Source of the DNA: Octopus bimaculoides
Lineage: Eukaryota
Direction of reading: 5' to 3'
Assembly: GCF_001194135.2 (NCBI RefSeq)
Contig: NC_068981.1
Coordinates: 157,276,448-157,340,447, forward strand
DNA length: 64,000 nucleotides
Shown here: positions 50,904 through 64,000 of the stretch, one piece after another
How positions within the stretch are numbered: position 1 is the stretch's first letter
Layout of the letters: every line of letters starts with the position of its first letter
Notes under the pieces: generated by a model
The model's input: only the letters and a program-made list of their open reading frames with translations
Databases searched by the model: none
Told to the model about the DNA's origin: nothing
Translations under genes and position numbers: made by a program

Positions 50904-53900
50904 TGATCAGTGAATCCTGATATTTAACATGCATACGTTTCTGATGATTTGTCTTCACATAAAGAATAAAATAAAATTAAAATTTGAAAACTTTTTACAA
51001 AATGATGCTTCTTTATTTGTCTTTGTTGTTGTTGTCTTATATCTACAGAATCCAGTGCATTACAGAACCATGTTTTGTTCTAACGTCTTAATTTTTTTAT
51101 AGTTTCCACAGCTGGATGCCCTTTCTGAAGCATTAGAAAAGATAGGAAGAGAGAGACTAGTGCATCAGGTGGTCTGAGTGGAGATGCTATGCTGCTTCTT
51201 ACCTCACAGAAGTCAAGACCACTGAAGTTATAGTAGAAGAGGCATCATACTTGTAATTAAATGGATGTAGATTGTTGGTGGTCAGTGAGTTTTTATGAAT
51301 TAGTCAAATGGCCTTTTTTAACTTTTGGCTGTCTTAGATGTTTATGTAAAACAGCACTGTTCTACACGTGTGAGCATCACTCTAATAAGGGTTGCACTTG
51401 AACTTTGTTGAATGTAGGCAATTGATTAGGGTTAAAATTTTGTATTTCAGATTCTGAAGTAGAACACTAGTCATTGGAATGCAATATGTTTTAAGTTAGG
51501 ACACTGAAAAATCGCCTGAGATGATGGGGTTCAACATTTGTGTTGATAACTGCATAGAGATGTGCTTAGATAAAATCAACATAAAGCAGGTCTTTAATGT
51601 ATGAACAGAAGGAAAAGCGTGTGTGACATAACTGTAGTATAGTCAGGGTTTGTTATATGTATATGAACATGTTTATTGCTATATTAATAGAGAAAGTGTT
51701 CATGCAATACAAGAAAAGGAATATTCAGGTGAAATGATGTACATTACAAGTGCAGAAAATCTTTGTCAGAAATTCAACATTTGGGGTAAGTTTACTCATC
51801 AATACATATTCTTGTTGTGTTACCATGGTGTGTTTTATTCCTCTATTGTATCAGGTTGAATATGTACCTGTGAAAACAGCTATGTGTCAAGAATGAATTT
51901 CACTGAGGATTGAAGTCACTCTACAGTTTTTGCACTCAAATGAGCTGTATTTGCAGGCTCTATTCACAGAAGGTTCTAGTCATACTGCCAGATTATCCAG
52001 TGAAAAAAGCCACTGATTGAAATGAAATTGGGTTTGTGCACATGATCAACTTGTAATTACTATGTGACAAAACGTAGGGTCAAATCCAATTGTTACATAA
52101 CTAAAGTTTGGGAACTGGGTCAGACTGACTCTCACCAAGCTGTAAAAAAAAAAAACTGACAAAAAACTTTTCTTCCAAGATATGAGAAATTTGTGGAGTT
52201 AAAAACTGGAGAATTTTGCTAGAAAGTTCTCATGAACATAATTGAAAGATTTGCTGATATCAAGAGCAATAATGTTTCTTTTGCCAATATTTGAGTGTTG
52301 AGAGACCACTGGAGTGTCTCATAGGCAAATGGGTCTTTGTTATATCTAGCTCTATGGAAACTGCATTGGTGGTCACTGAGGAGGAAGCAGAATGCAAGAT
52401 TATAAGAGAAGTCAATGTTTTTTACTGTATTCATCACCTCTGAAGTTTTATAAGTGAAGAACAACTGAGGAATTGCAAGTTTCCATAAACTGGTGTAAAC
52501 TGTTCTAAAAAAAGTAAAAGACAAAGAGATTTACTAAAATAGAATGTTGCTTGGCAGTATACAGTTTTAGCATAATGATGTGAGTGCTGCCAGGACTATG
52601 GACTTATTGGGTTGAAATGATCAGAAATTTTGCACTGGGTTATGGTGTTTATCTACTGGTAAGGTAGGGATGAGAAGGAGAGTTTGAAAGGAGTTTTGTT
52701 GTCTGTGCTGTATAGAGTTGGAACTAAGATGTACATGAGTTGGGATTGTGTCATTACCAGGAGTGCTATTTATATATTTACACCATGCTTGACAAGTGGC
52801 AAGCACGAGAGTTTTGCAAAGTTAGTAATGATGCTCTTGGCAAAAGATAAGAAGGCCAGGCTTATAGGTCATGTTGTTTAGACACAGGTCAAACCTAATT
52901 GAACAGACTTATGAAGAAAGGCATTCTTTTTAGGGATTTCTGGGACTGCATATTTAATGTGTTCATTCCTTATTTAAGATTGTAGGATGTGATTTGAGAG
53001 TGATTTGGTTACTATTTCTATGGCCATTATGTTGTTTTATGTAGGCCGTGTAATATACAAAGGTACTACTTGTTTTTCTGGCAGTTGTTTAGGTGCTGTA
53101 GTGGTAAGTAAACACTTGGTTGGTGAAAGTTTTGTACACCTGAAAATGAAACAGCTGATGGGTTTGGAATTGGAGGCTACTTGTATGGTTGTGTAAAGGA
53201 TAGAGAGGGACATATTTAAGAAGGTATGATCAGTTACCTTATTAGCTGTCTCAGGAATCTGAAGTCACCAGAGATCTTGTAAAGCTCTGACTAGTTAGCT
53301 AACTTGATGTACATCAATAACAGAAGTTAGAGAAAGTCATGATATATGTTTTAATTTGGCAGTATTGAATGATTTCATAGGAGCAGAAATGATGATGGTA
53401 GAGTAAGGCTGAGAGGTAATTTTATAATTTCCTTTAATTTTTCTCATGTAAAAATTTTATCAACTCAACATGTGTATCTAAATTGCATTATATATGGCAT
53501 GTAAAAGTAATTGAAAGGTACAAAGTATGTAAAGAATTTTTAACAATTTTTCACAAAATGAAGCATTTTAAAGTAGAGTGTTAAGAATGATAAATAAAAT
53601 CCTTGTTTATATTGAGTAGTAAATTTTAATTATTTCATTCATTACTATCATCCACCATTACCATTTAATTTATGGTTGAGTTTACAGATTAGTCTTGATC
53701 AACTAGGTATATGGTCAAAAACATTTTATCATGATCATCTTTTACTCATGCTTAATGAATAATGAACTATATTATCCAATCTTTTCTTCCTTTTTCTAAA
53801 AGTAAGATATGGTTTTAGAAAGTTTGGGCTCTTAATTTTAACTGGTTGAGTCACCATTTAGAAGTTTCCTTACTTGGTTGTATATTTATGATTTTAGAGT

Positions 53901-56887
53901 AGAACATTATAGCTCTCATACTTTAAAGAAATATTTTCTATAAAGTTTCATTATATTTCTTGCTTTGCTGGATATTTATTAGCAGAGTGGTTCTCTACTA
54001 CATATGCTCTTTAGAGATGGCAGTTATGGAAAAAATTTGGTGACTGTTATCAGTTATTGAGATAGAGAAATTGTCACATCCATTTTGTGACAAACTCCAT
54101 ATTTGACAAAGTTAGGTGTTTCTTTCTTCCTTGTTTCTCATGGTGAACATGCAGCTGAGAAAACTGCTCTTTGAGCTGTCTTCATAGTATAACTTTTATT
54201 CTTCTTTGAGCTACCTGCTACCCACTACTCACTTGTAATGTTACTGTAGTTTTATATGCAATTGCTTTACTTGAGCATCTGCCATTAATCAAACATTACT
54301 TTTTGGGGCAAATTGACAGTGTCATTAGAGCTTTGGGCAGAATGTTTTGTGGTATTTGTTTCAGCTCTCCTCACTTTGATTTCAAATAACACCCAAGGTC
54401 AACTTTGCCATTCATCCTTTCAGAACCAATAAAAATGTGCTGATCCAAATAGTGGTTAGTGAAACTAAAAATGTCAGACTGGATGCTTTACATTTTATGC
54501 TCAAATCCCACCTTAGCCTACTTGACTGGTTGACTTAACCATTTTCTTGGACACCTTTTGTGGAGTTTACTATGTTGCAGGCATTTGGGTTAAGTTTCCA
54601 GTTTGAGAGTACCTTCCTCTTTCCCACCAGTCTTAGAGTTCTTGTAATGGATCAAGGACACCACTTACTTCCTGACTAAACATTAAAATGTCTTGAAATC
54701 ATACCCAGGCTTGATGTAGTTGTTTGATACAAAAACCAATGTCACATACTATTGTAGAGTTCAGCTTCTTAATGGAAGTCAACAATTCACTCACACTTAC
54801 CTGTATCAGTTTTATATAACCTGTCATTAACACCTATCCTGTGAATCCTGACAAATTTACCAAGCCTATATCATCATTATCCATTCTGTGTCATCCCTGC
54901 TGAGCATGTATCTACCTTACGATATCAGTCATCTTTGATGCATACAGCTAACCAACTTAAGACATAGTCATTATAAAAGTTTTCTTGCACTCAATTTTAC
55001 CTAAGTTCTTTTCCTACTTGCAACAGATCTTTCATATGTTTCATTCCATAATACTTCTCATATAACTCTCTTGGGCAATAATCCCATACAGATCTTTCAG
55101 TTAACCTCAAACTTTAGACTCAATGTCATTAAAAACTCTGCATTTTCTTTTAACAAAATTTAACTTTATTCCTTCCATGATCTTCATTCTAATATTTTTT
55201 CCTGATCCTTCTGATTGTGTATATTTTACTTAATTCTCTCAGTATTCAGTAACTTCTTGTGTTATTAAGACCAAGTATAACCATTTTATTCAGATAATTT
55301 TCCCCAAAATGATAGCTTACAATTTAAACATTCTTTGTTGCTGTAATTCATTGGTGAGCTATTCAGTCATCACTTCTTTTTCAACTTACTTTTCATTATT
55401 CCCAAAACTGCTTTGAATATACAGTCACAAATTTGGTCTGAAGGTTTGCTGAAAAATGCCCCTTATGAAAGGCCCAAAATCCTTTACAAGCCTCTCTAGT
55501 TTTGCCTTTTTCCATATAAGCACCTGCACTTCTGTTTTGAATTTGACTTTCATTAGAATCATCTGCCAGATTCCACATCACCCTGATTTTGATTAAATGA
55601 TACTTTTCTGTCATCATTACCTGCAATCAAGCCTTACCTACCCATGATCTATAATGAAAGGTATTTCATTTTTAGGGGTTAATTTTCCAAACATAGTCAT
55701 CTACCAAACTCATTTTGCTGATCTGATTGTCAGTGTCATAAAAAGGATTCATAATTAATCTTGGAGATATGAATTATTCAATTTACCATAGTTGGTTTTG
55801 GCTGAGGAATTATAAACAATCATACTGCTACCCACAGTGATGATTTACTAAAATCTCAGTCGATCCCTGACAAATTATCAATTATTAGATTTCTAGATTT
55901 AGACATCTTTGTTTGTAATCCTTGAAGTATTGACCCCCATAGTTTAGGATGTTAGGGATATGCTTGGGGCAAAATGTAGATTCTGTTTTCAAAGGCTAAA
56001 TGAAAGTGTGTTCTCACATAAGCTAACATTATCTTAGAGACTACTGATCTGAAAATAAACCAGAGTTTATTTTAGGGAAGAATATTTGATTTAGAAATGA
56101 AAATTTGCAGGAGTAAACCACTTGTAGCACTCAAACCAACCTAACACCTTAATGTTTATTTCTATTCATTCTATTCCAAAGCTAGTAAGATGACTAATAT
56201 ACTACTAATACTAGAGTACTAAAGTACTTTGTGAGATCTCAATGAATTAAGACTGTGACTTTTGTTTTAGTTATCAGCTGTTGTAATTTGCTTTCCTTTA
56301 TATCACTCATGTGCTGTACCCTTGAATAAAGTATGAACAACATAACTCCTACTATTTTGTCTATCTGAAATTGATAGGTCTACTTACCTATGAATGCTCA
56401 GATAAATAGCTCATGTTAAAAGCAGTTGACTATTACATGTGAATAGGGTAAATAAAATATTGATTGATTGATGAGAACCAGTCTGTTTTTTTTTTTTCTT
56501 TTCCTCATAAGGAAAGTCAGTGCCCATGATTTTTCACAAGGCCTATGATGTAGGGAAAGAGAAAGCTATCCTCAAATTTAGGACCTTGTCTGAATGCTTG
56601 CAACAAAGTGGATTCTGCTAAAGCCCCCCCCCCCGGGTTTTACAATAGGGACACTGTATCTGTGTATGTTAAAAGTAGTAATTAAAAGATGTGGCAACAG
56701 GAAGAGTATCTGGTTGCAACAGGATTGCCTCGGAAAACTCATTCAAGCCATGCTAGCAAGGAAAAGCGGACATAGAATAATGATGGTGATATTGATGATG
56801 ATGGTGATAATTATGGTGATGATTATGAATTTGTCACTCAAAATGTAAATAGCCATTGTTGCAAAAAACAACTTTGTTATCCTTTAA

Positions 56888-57104
56888 CTCTTTTGTTACT
56901 GTATTTCTGTTAAAATACACTACCTTCATTCAAAAACATTTTGAAAATAACAAAGAATTTAATAAAATAACTTTATTATTATTAAGTTAGCTTTTGGAAT
57001 ATAAATGAACATGGAATTTAGATGGAAAGATTTTAGATCATTTTAAAACATGAAGTTTGTATCATAGAACAGGAGTGGTCTCAGGAAAATTGGTATCAAC
57101 AGGG
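56888..57104. mobile_element. Probable piggyBac-type MITE, degenerate
   Basis: Flanked by TTAA on both sides; imperfect CTCTTTTGTTAC / GGTATCAACAGGG termini. Confidence 0.5.
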
Positions 57105-57375
57105 TTAATATGCACTTTGAAAATAATAACAAAAACAATTTATTGAATAAAAAAAATTTTATTTTTTAAAATTTTAGTAATGATAGATACCAATGTTAAC
57201 ATCTTGTTGCAATCATCTCAATTTTTGGGATCATCATCAAAAGATTGTTATTACTGTTTGAATTTTTTATATCGTTATAGCAGGGCTTTTTTGCTGTTGC
57301 TGCCAATATTTTTATCTCTGCTAGTAATTTTGGATCACTTTCAAAATGTTTTGTATTTCTATCGTTACTTTTGGG

Positions 57376-58136
57376 TATTACTGTCAACATTTTTAGTACT
57401 TATGTCAACATTTTTAGTACTAATGTCAATATTTTTAGTACTTATGTCAACATTTTTAGTACTAATGCCAACATTTTTAGTACTTATGTCAACATTTTTA
57501 GTACTTATGTCAACATTTTTAGTACTAATGCCAACATTTTTAGTACTTATGTCAACATTTTTAGTACTAATGCCAACATTTTTTAGTACTTTATGTCAAC
57601 ATTTTTAGTACTAATGCCAACATTTTTAGTACTTATGTCAACATTTTTAGTACTAATGCCAACATTTTTAGTACTTATGTCAACATTTTTAGTACTAATG
57701 CCAACATTTTTAGTACTTATGTCAACATTTTTAGTACTAATGCCAACATTTTTAGTACTAATGCCAACATTTTTAGTACTTATGTCAACATTTTTAGTAT
57801 TAATGCCAACATTTTTTAGTACTTATGTCAACATTTTTAGTACTAATGCCAACATTTTTTAGTACTAATGCCAACATTTTTAGTACTAATGCCAACATTT
57901 TTTAGTACTTATGTCAACATTTTTAGTACTAATGCCAACATTTTTTAGTACTAATGTCAACATTTTTAGTACTAATGCCAACATTTTTAGTACTTATGTC
58001 AACATTTTTAGTACTAATGCCAACATTTTTTAGTATTTATGTCAACATTTCTAGTACTAATGTCAATATTTTTAGTACTTTATGTCAACATTTTTAGTAA
58101 TGTCAACATTTTTAGTACTTATATCAACATTTTTGG
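57376..58136. repeat. 21-bp minisatellite, 36 units, two alternating variants
   Basis: A = TACTTATGTCAACATTTTTAG, B = TACTAATGCCAACATTTTTAG; eight units carry one extra T and one unit is 18 bp. Confidence 0.97.
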
Positions 58137-59200
58137 TAGTAGTATCAGTATTTGAGGTACCAATATCAGTACTTTTGGTTCTGGTGTCAAAGAATGGAAA
58201 AGAAATGGAAATGGATGGAAAATATTTGAGAATAGTAAAAGGTACAAAAAACTGTTATGCAAAGTTTTATAAAAAAAGGTTTGTTTAATCTTTTTTGGTA
58301 TTTGCTTTAATTTTTTTGAGTATATTTTTTAAAGAAATCATTGTGACCACACACATATGGATGCATACATATACTCACTCATGCATACATATAAACACAT
58401 GCACATTCACACACATTACGTAATATATATTAGTGACAGAGGCAGTATTAATATCAAGAGGTAATACTTGTCCCCACTAAAACATGGATCTTCTATTAGA
58501 ACAAACTATACTATAGTAGATACCATGAGAGAAACTTTCATATTGGCTTTTGGTGTAAAATACACTCTTGTTTATATCACTAGCAGTAGAGTATCCATCA
58601 CTGACAAGACCAAGGAAGGTTGAAATCATGTAATATGGTGGTCTCAGCACTATTAGTGGCTGGGATTTAGCTCTCCATTAGTGATACAAACAAGAGTGCA
58701 TTTTGTGACAAAAATGTTAATATGAGAGTTTCTCTCATGGTATCTGTCACATTACATATTCATAGATATATGCATGCCTGCATATTCAAATATTAGCGCA
58801 TGCATTCATATATGCATATATTTTCACATAAACATAATTGTAACCATTCATATACATGTGTGCTTATCTACACACTCCCATATTTTCATGCTCATATACT
58901 TTGTCACTATACCCATATATGTATACACACACACACACATTCATACATAAACAGATAGTTATCCTCCTTTGCAATCATTTCCTCTTGCTGCCATCATTTA
59001 CTTCATCTGAAATCATTTAAATTATCCCATTAATGACAATATCTTTGGTTTTTAAACAGATTATTTTCTCAATTTCTTTTCTTTTACAAACCAAATCCAG
59101 AAAAAAAAAATATATAATTTGCATTTTTATTTCATTTTACATGATTTTTTTTTATTTTACCTAAAAAGAAATGAAAAAATATATTTAAAAAGTATTATTT

Positions 59201-59599
59201 TTAAAAATTGTTATTGTTTGGATCAAATAATGGGTTGGGAGATTTGTTCTTTTGACTGAACTGAACTCCAAATGCTGTGATGAAAATATTTGCAACAGTA
59301 ATGAAAAGAATAAATCCAATTATGATATTGTTGAGTATGTTGGCCCGCCTGACATGTCTCTCTGTGTGGTCTTTTAAAGATCCAAGAATCAGCAGCAATA
59401 TTCCAGTGATTACCTGAAGACTGATGGAAATAATGACAATAGCAACAAGAGCATGGTAATAGTCGTGAGCTTCTCCAACATCTAGAATTGCCTTTAGTTG
59501 AGATGCGTTTGACATAAGAAGGGCGACATCAAGCAGTCCCTGAGCCATCGTCTTCTTTGTAGCATATCGGTAGTAGTTAAATGTTATTGGTGTACTCTC
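59201..59599 (-). CDS. NINJ: Ninjurin-family membrane protein, main coding exon
   Basis: NYYRYATKKTMAQGLLDVALLMSNASQLKAIL motif plus two hydrophobic TM segments. Frame is open upstream of Met 59548 back to a TTTTGTAG| acceptor at 59600, so an upstream exon is implied but was not located. Confidence 0.9.
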   Translation of the reverse strand, partial: ESTPITFNYYRYATKKTMAQGLLDVALLMSNASQLKAILDVGEAHDYYHALVAIVIISISLQVITGILLLILGSLKDHTERHVRRANILNNIIIGFILFITVANIFITAFGVQFSQKNKSPNPLFDPNNNNF

Positions 59600-59676
59600 C
59601 TACAAAATAGATGCATGACATGATTTTATATTGCAGTTAACTTTTGAATTATATGAGAAAGTATTCATAAAATTAC

Positions 59677-59754
<78 letters not shown>

Positions 59755-62700
59755 NNNNNNNNNNNNNNNNNNNNNNNNNNNNNNNNNNNNNNNNNNNNNN
59801 NNNNNNNNNNNNNNNNNNNNNNNNNNNNNNNNNNNNNNCCATGCAATGCTGTAAAACCATTATTTATTGAAGGACCCATTTATGTACCTGTACATATATA
59901 TACATATATATATATATATCAATTATATATATATATATATATATATATCGTCGTCATCGTCGTCGTTTAACATCCACTTTCCATGCTAGCATGGGTTGGA
60001 CGATTTGACTGAGGACTGGTGAAACCAGATGGCTACACCAGGCCCACCAAATTTCAGGCCTTGTGCCTTTAGTAGAAAGGATTATTATTATTATTGTTAT
60101 TATTATTATTATTAAGGCAGTGAGCTGGCAGATTCATTAGCAGGCCAGGCAAAATTCTTAGCAGTATTCCATCTGTCTTTACATTCTGAGTTCAAATTCT
60201 GCCAAGGTCGATTTGCCTTTCATGCTTTCAGGGTCAATAAATTAAGTACCAGTCAAGTATCCTGGGTTGATGTGACTGACTACCCACCTCCCTACAGATT
60301 CCAGATCTTGTGCCTGTAGTAGTAATGATTATCATCATCATCATCATCAGCATCATCACCATCATCAGCATCATCATCACATTTTTCTGCCTGCACTGCA
60401 GCAGTCTAACACTTCCTCTATATGCTATGTACTATTGAAATTTATAGATTTGAAATATCTAGATCATGAAACCATACCAACCAAATATAGTTGGCCTGCA
60501 AGCTAAGCAAGTATCCATCAGATAAAAACTATTTTTTTTTTGTTTTTTTTCAGCTTTACCATCATTAATGACATATAAAAATCAAAGATGTCAATCAATT
60601 CTAAGTAGAAAGTTTATGGAAATTCCATCAAATTATAAGGAATTCCCATTTGGATTTATTATTAACAATCAATATACATTAGGTTCAGACATACAGTCAA
60701 AGGAGAAACAATTTGCTGTTTTTTTTTTTGTCACTTTTTTTCAACATGTTTTGTTCAGTTGCACAAAATATAACTGACTGATGTAGTTCATGTTTTTAAA
60801 GAACTTTAATTAAATTCTTAAATTTGGTCAACATTTAGGACATGAAGGAAAGTTTAAGGGAATTAATGATATTCAATTTTGTGATTTTTGCTGATGACAG
60901 CAGACCAAGCAAGTGTGTCTTGAGAGAAAGATAATGCTAACATTTTGTTGGTTGCATAGCAACAACAAATTTCAACTAATTGCTTTAATATAATCATTTA
61001 CCATTGTTAACCATTCTTCATTTATTCACCATCTACATAGCTACAGATGAAGGTGTGAGGTTTAGTGGTTAGCATATTTGGCTCACAATCATAAGATTAT
61101 GATTTTGATTCCCAGTGGTGCATTGTGTCCTTGAGCAAGATACTTTATTTCACATTTCTCCATTTCACTCAGCTTGCAAAAGTGAGTAGCCCTTGTAATT
61201 CAAAGAGATAGCCTTGTCACACTCTGTGTCATGCTGAATCTTCCTGAGAACTATGTTAAGGGTACGTGTGTCTGTGGAATGCTCAGCCACTCGCACGTTA
61301 GTTTCATGAGCAGGCTGTTCTGTTGATTGGGCCAACTGGAACCCTCATTATCGTAAACGATGGAGTGCCAGTTTACATAGCTATAGACACTTTCATGTTA
61401 ATTCTATTATGAATCTACTGTAGCATTGTAGCTGAGAAATTTGATTCACAACCATGCGATTCAGGATTTGATTCCACTGTACAACACCATAGGGGGAAAG
61501 TATCTTCTCTCGTAGCCTTTGGTCAATCTCTGCCTTGTTAATGAAATTGGGTAAATTCAAGTAAATCATATGGATTGTATCTGTTCTTGGATGGTAAATT
61601 TAAAACATTACCTCGTTTAACACTTTCCATCATCCTGGCCTTTGCAGAATCCACTCATTTGCAAGAATTTAGACTATGACTCGGGTCTGAGACAAATCAA
61701 TATTTTAACACATTGATTCCCAATGCAGCAATCTACAAGTGAGGGATTCTTTCTCCTCTTCCTCACACCCTACCAGTAATGGAAGTTCTGCAAAAAAGTC
61801 ATGACTGCTGCCTTTTCTTCATATTCTAAGCAATAAGAATATTCTGTTCTACTATCTTGAATATTTTATTTGCCAGAAATTTCATGTTTTGAATGATTTC
61901 CTAATGAGAAATTACATTTACTTTTATTCTAAGTTACATCATTCAATTCTAGTTTGAGTTATTTTCTAATTAGAGATCCAAAGTCACAATCCCTTTTCAT
62001 CTTTCTTCATTGATCCTTAAAAGCTTAGTCCAAAGTAGTTCATCTTTTGAAGCAAGAACCATTCTAAAATCCTTTTGAAAAATTGGCAATTCAATTTTCA
62101 AGGCATAATTCCAGAAAGATAGATATGCAATATATATTGGAGTGGTTTCTTATGGTCTTGAACTCAGAATTAATAGCTGTCAAAATACTTGTTAATATTT
62201 CATTCCTGCAAATGTGGCAAGCTGGCATAATTGTTAGCATACCAGGCAAAATGCTTAGCAGCATTTCATTGATCTTTACGTTCTGGGTTCAAATGCTGCT
62301 GGCGTTGACTTTGCCTTGAGCACTGGGGTTGATTTAATCAACTTAACCCCTCCCCTGAAATTACTGGCCTTGTGCCAAAATTTGAAACCAGTATTGCATT
62401 CCTGTTATTGCAGTACTTACATACAGAGTTAAGTGTCTTTATTATAGACAAACACATTAGCCATGTCAAGATGTGAACTGCTATTCTCATAGTCAGCTGT
62501 TTCATATCTGATCGTTTCAATTTTCCAAGCTATTTTAAGCCACAAAATCACTTCTTAATTACCAGTTTGTTTAGCAACCCTAAGTCTGTCAGTCTCCATG
62601 TCCTTATCTACACTAAAAGAGAGAGAATCGATAAATCTGTGAAAAATATAGCATTTTTTCGTTTGGTAACTAGTAAATTATGTGAAAAATAACATTAAAT

Positions 62701-63915
62701 TAACATAATAAAATCCTTTGAAGGATGGGTGTGGCAAAGCTCATTCAGCTCTTTGTTACAGGATGAGATAAAATGATAACTAAATGCCTTAGTCATTGTC
62801 AATACGACTATAATTTCTGTGATTCTTAACTCCATCTTTAATTATTAAATATTTCTTAATATCTCCATTTTCATTACTTTTTGATTAGTTTGAACCGTTA
62901 TCATCATTAGGTGTTTTATTTTTAGATATGTACATAGAACCAAATTAGATTCTGATTAGGAACTTTATGTGGTGCTTCTTGTCCTTTATTATTTAGTATG
63001 AAGAAGAAGGGCATTGAACTTGGATTTGGAGGCATTCTCAGACTAATTAGGTTGATGTTCACATTCAGCTTTAATTGTAGCAAGATGCTGCCTATATGGC
63101 AGAAAGAAAGGGAACCTAGACAATTGCAATTCTGGAAAGGAAGATTGAGCACTCTTGCTTTTGTGAATTTCAGAAGCAGCGAGGATGACAAGAAGGGACG
63201 AAGATTATGTATTGGAAGCTGAAAACGTTGTAGTTGCAGAGAAAAGAACAAAGGAAGAACATAAGCATGCTGGTTGATTGGTGGTTGTAGAGTAATGAAC
63301 AGTTTACTCTGTGATGTCAGAATTGTAACAATAAAAATTATCTATAATCCTTTCTACCATAGGCACAAAGTCTGAAATTTGGGGGAGGATGTAGTTGATT
63401 AGATCACTCTCTGTGTTTCACTGGCACTTATTCTATCAATCCTGAAAAGATGAAGGGCAAAGTTGACCCCAGCAGAATTTTAACTCAGAACGCAAAGACA
63501 AATGAAATTCTGCTAAGCATTTTGCCTGGCATGTTAACAATTCTGCCAGTGTGATGCTTTGGTGATCTATAATGTACATCAACATTAAATCATAAAAACC
63601 ACAAAAATATGATAAGCTATAAGAAAAATCCTGAAAGTTGACACTATGGTTGTTATTACTCAAAGTTTGATCAACAATAAATATTAAACAAGCTATTAAA
63701 AGTTTGTCTAAATGAAAATGTATATTTGAAAACATACTTTGATTTCCTTTGAATAACTTTTGCATTTCTTGATCAAATCTAATGCTTTGAGTAATTTATG
63801 AAAAGTCTTTAGTATTCTAAACGAGAAATATTAAATGAACAGGCATAAGATAGAAGTGACTCTTTAGTTTTTGTTGTGACAGTTCTTGTCCTAGTAATGT
63901 GGTAAAATGATTCTG

Positions 63916-63919
<4 letters not shown>

Positions 63920-64000
<81 letters not shown>
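63920..64000. repeat. (TA)n(GA)n microsatellite; (CA)n/(TA)n tracts also flank the gaps at 46547-46894 and 59755-59838
   Basis: Read directly from the sequence. Confidence 0.95.

Noticed and set aside
51689-51784. Possible plus-strand exon ending |GTAAGT
   Set aside because: Peptide (YITSAENLCQKFNIW) resembles the RTE RT segment after YADD, the acceptor is weak and there are no partner exons.
57180-57862. Plus-strand ORFs (LMSTFLV/STYVNIF repeats)
   Set aside because: By-products of a 21-bp period; no splice or start context supports them.
57376-58136. CRISPR-like array
   Set aside because: Units are contiguous with no unique spacers, there are no cas genes, and the context is eukaryotic; it is a minisatellite.
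61612-63251. Upstream ninjurin exon (GAG|GTAATG donor at 61611; ORF 62922-63251)
   Set aside because: The phase-0 frame hits TGA six codons upstream with no ATG; the 62922 ORF has no ninjurin-like features or suitable donor.

Overview
AT-rich, microsatellite- and transposon-dense eukaryotic DNA with five N gaps. The SINE/LINE repertoire suggests an octopus (coleoid cephalopod) genome; this is inference from recalled repeat families. Genes: (1) a complete 7-exon MON1 gene (Mon1-Ccz1 Rab7 GEF subunit) on the minus strand, CDS 45423->14112, 658 aa, with GT-AG junctions and consistent phases; (2) the main coding exon of a ninjurin on the minus strand (59599->59201); (3) three tentative plus-strand exons of an unidentified gene (456-849, 2663-2773, 8992-9264) converging on MON1. 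Mobile elements: three Helitrons, a decayed L1/Tx1 LINE, RTE fragments with a PHD-type finger inside the RT, a truncated Ty3/Gypsy, a mariner relic, several MITEs, a Penelope-like fold-back and at least four tRNA-SINE families. Best leads: a repeated hairpin + H-type pseudoknot RNA module showing a compensatory base change near 10.5 kb; a 36 x 21-nt array behind a strong splice acceptor just downstream of ninjurin; the orphan gene; long inverted-SINE dsRNA formers; and a conserved LIR-like motif in the MON1 N-terminal tail.
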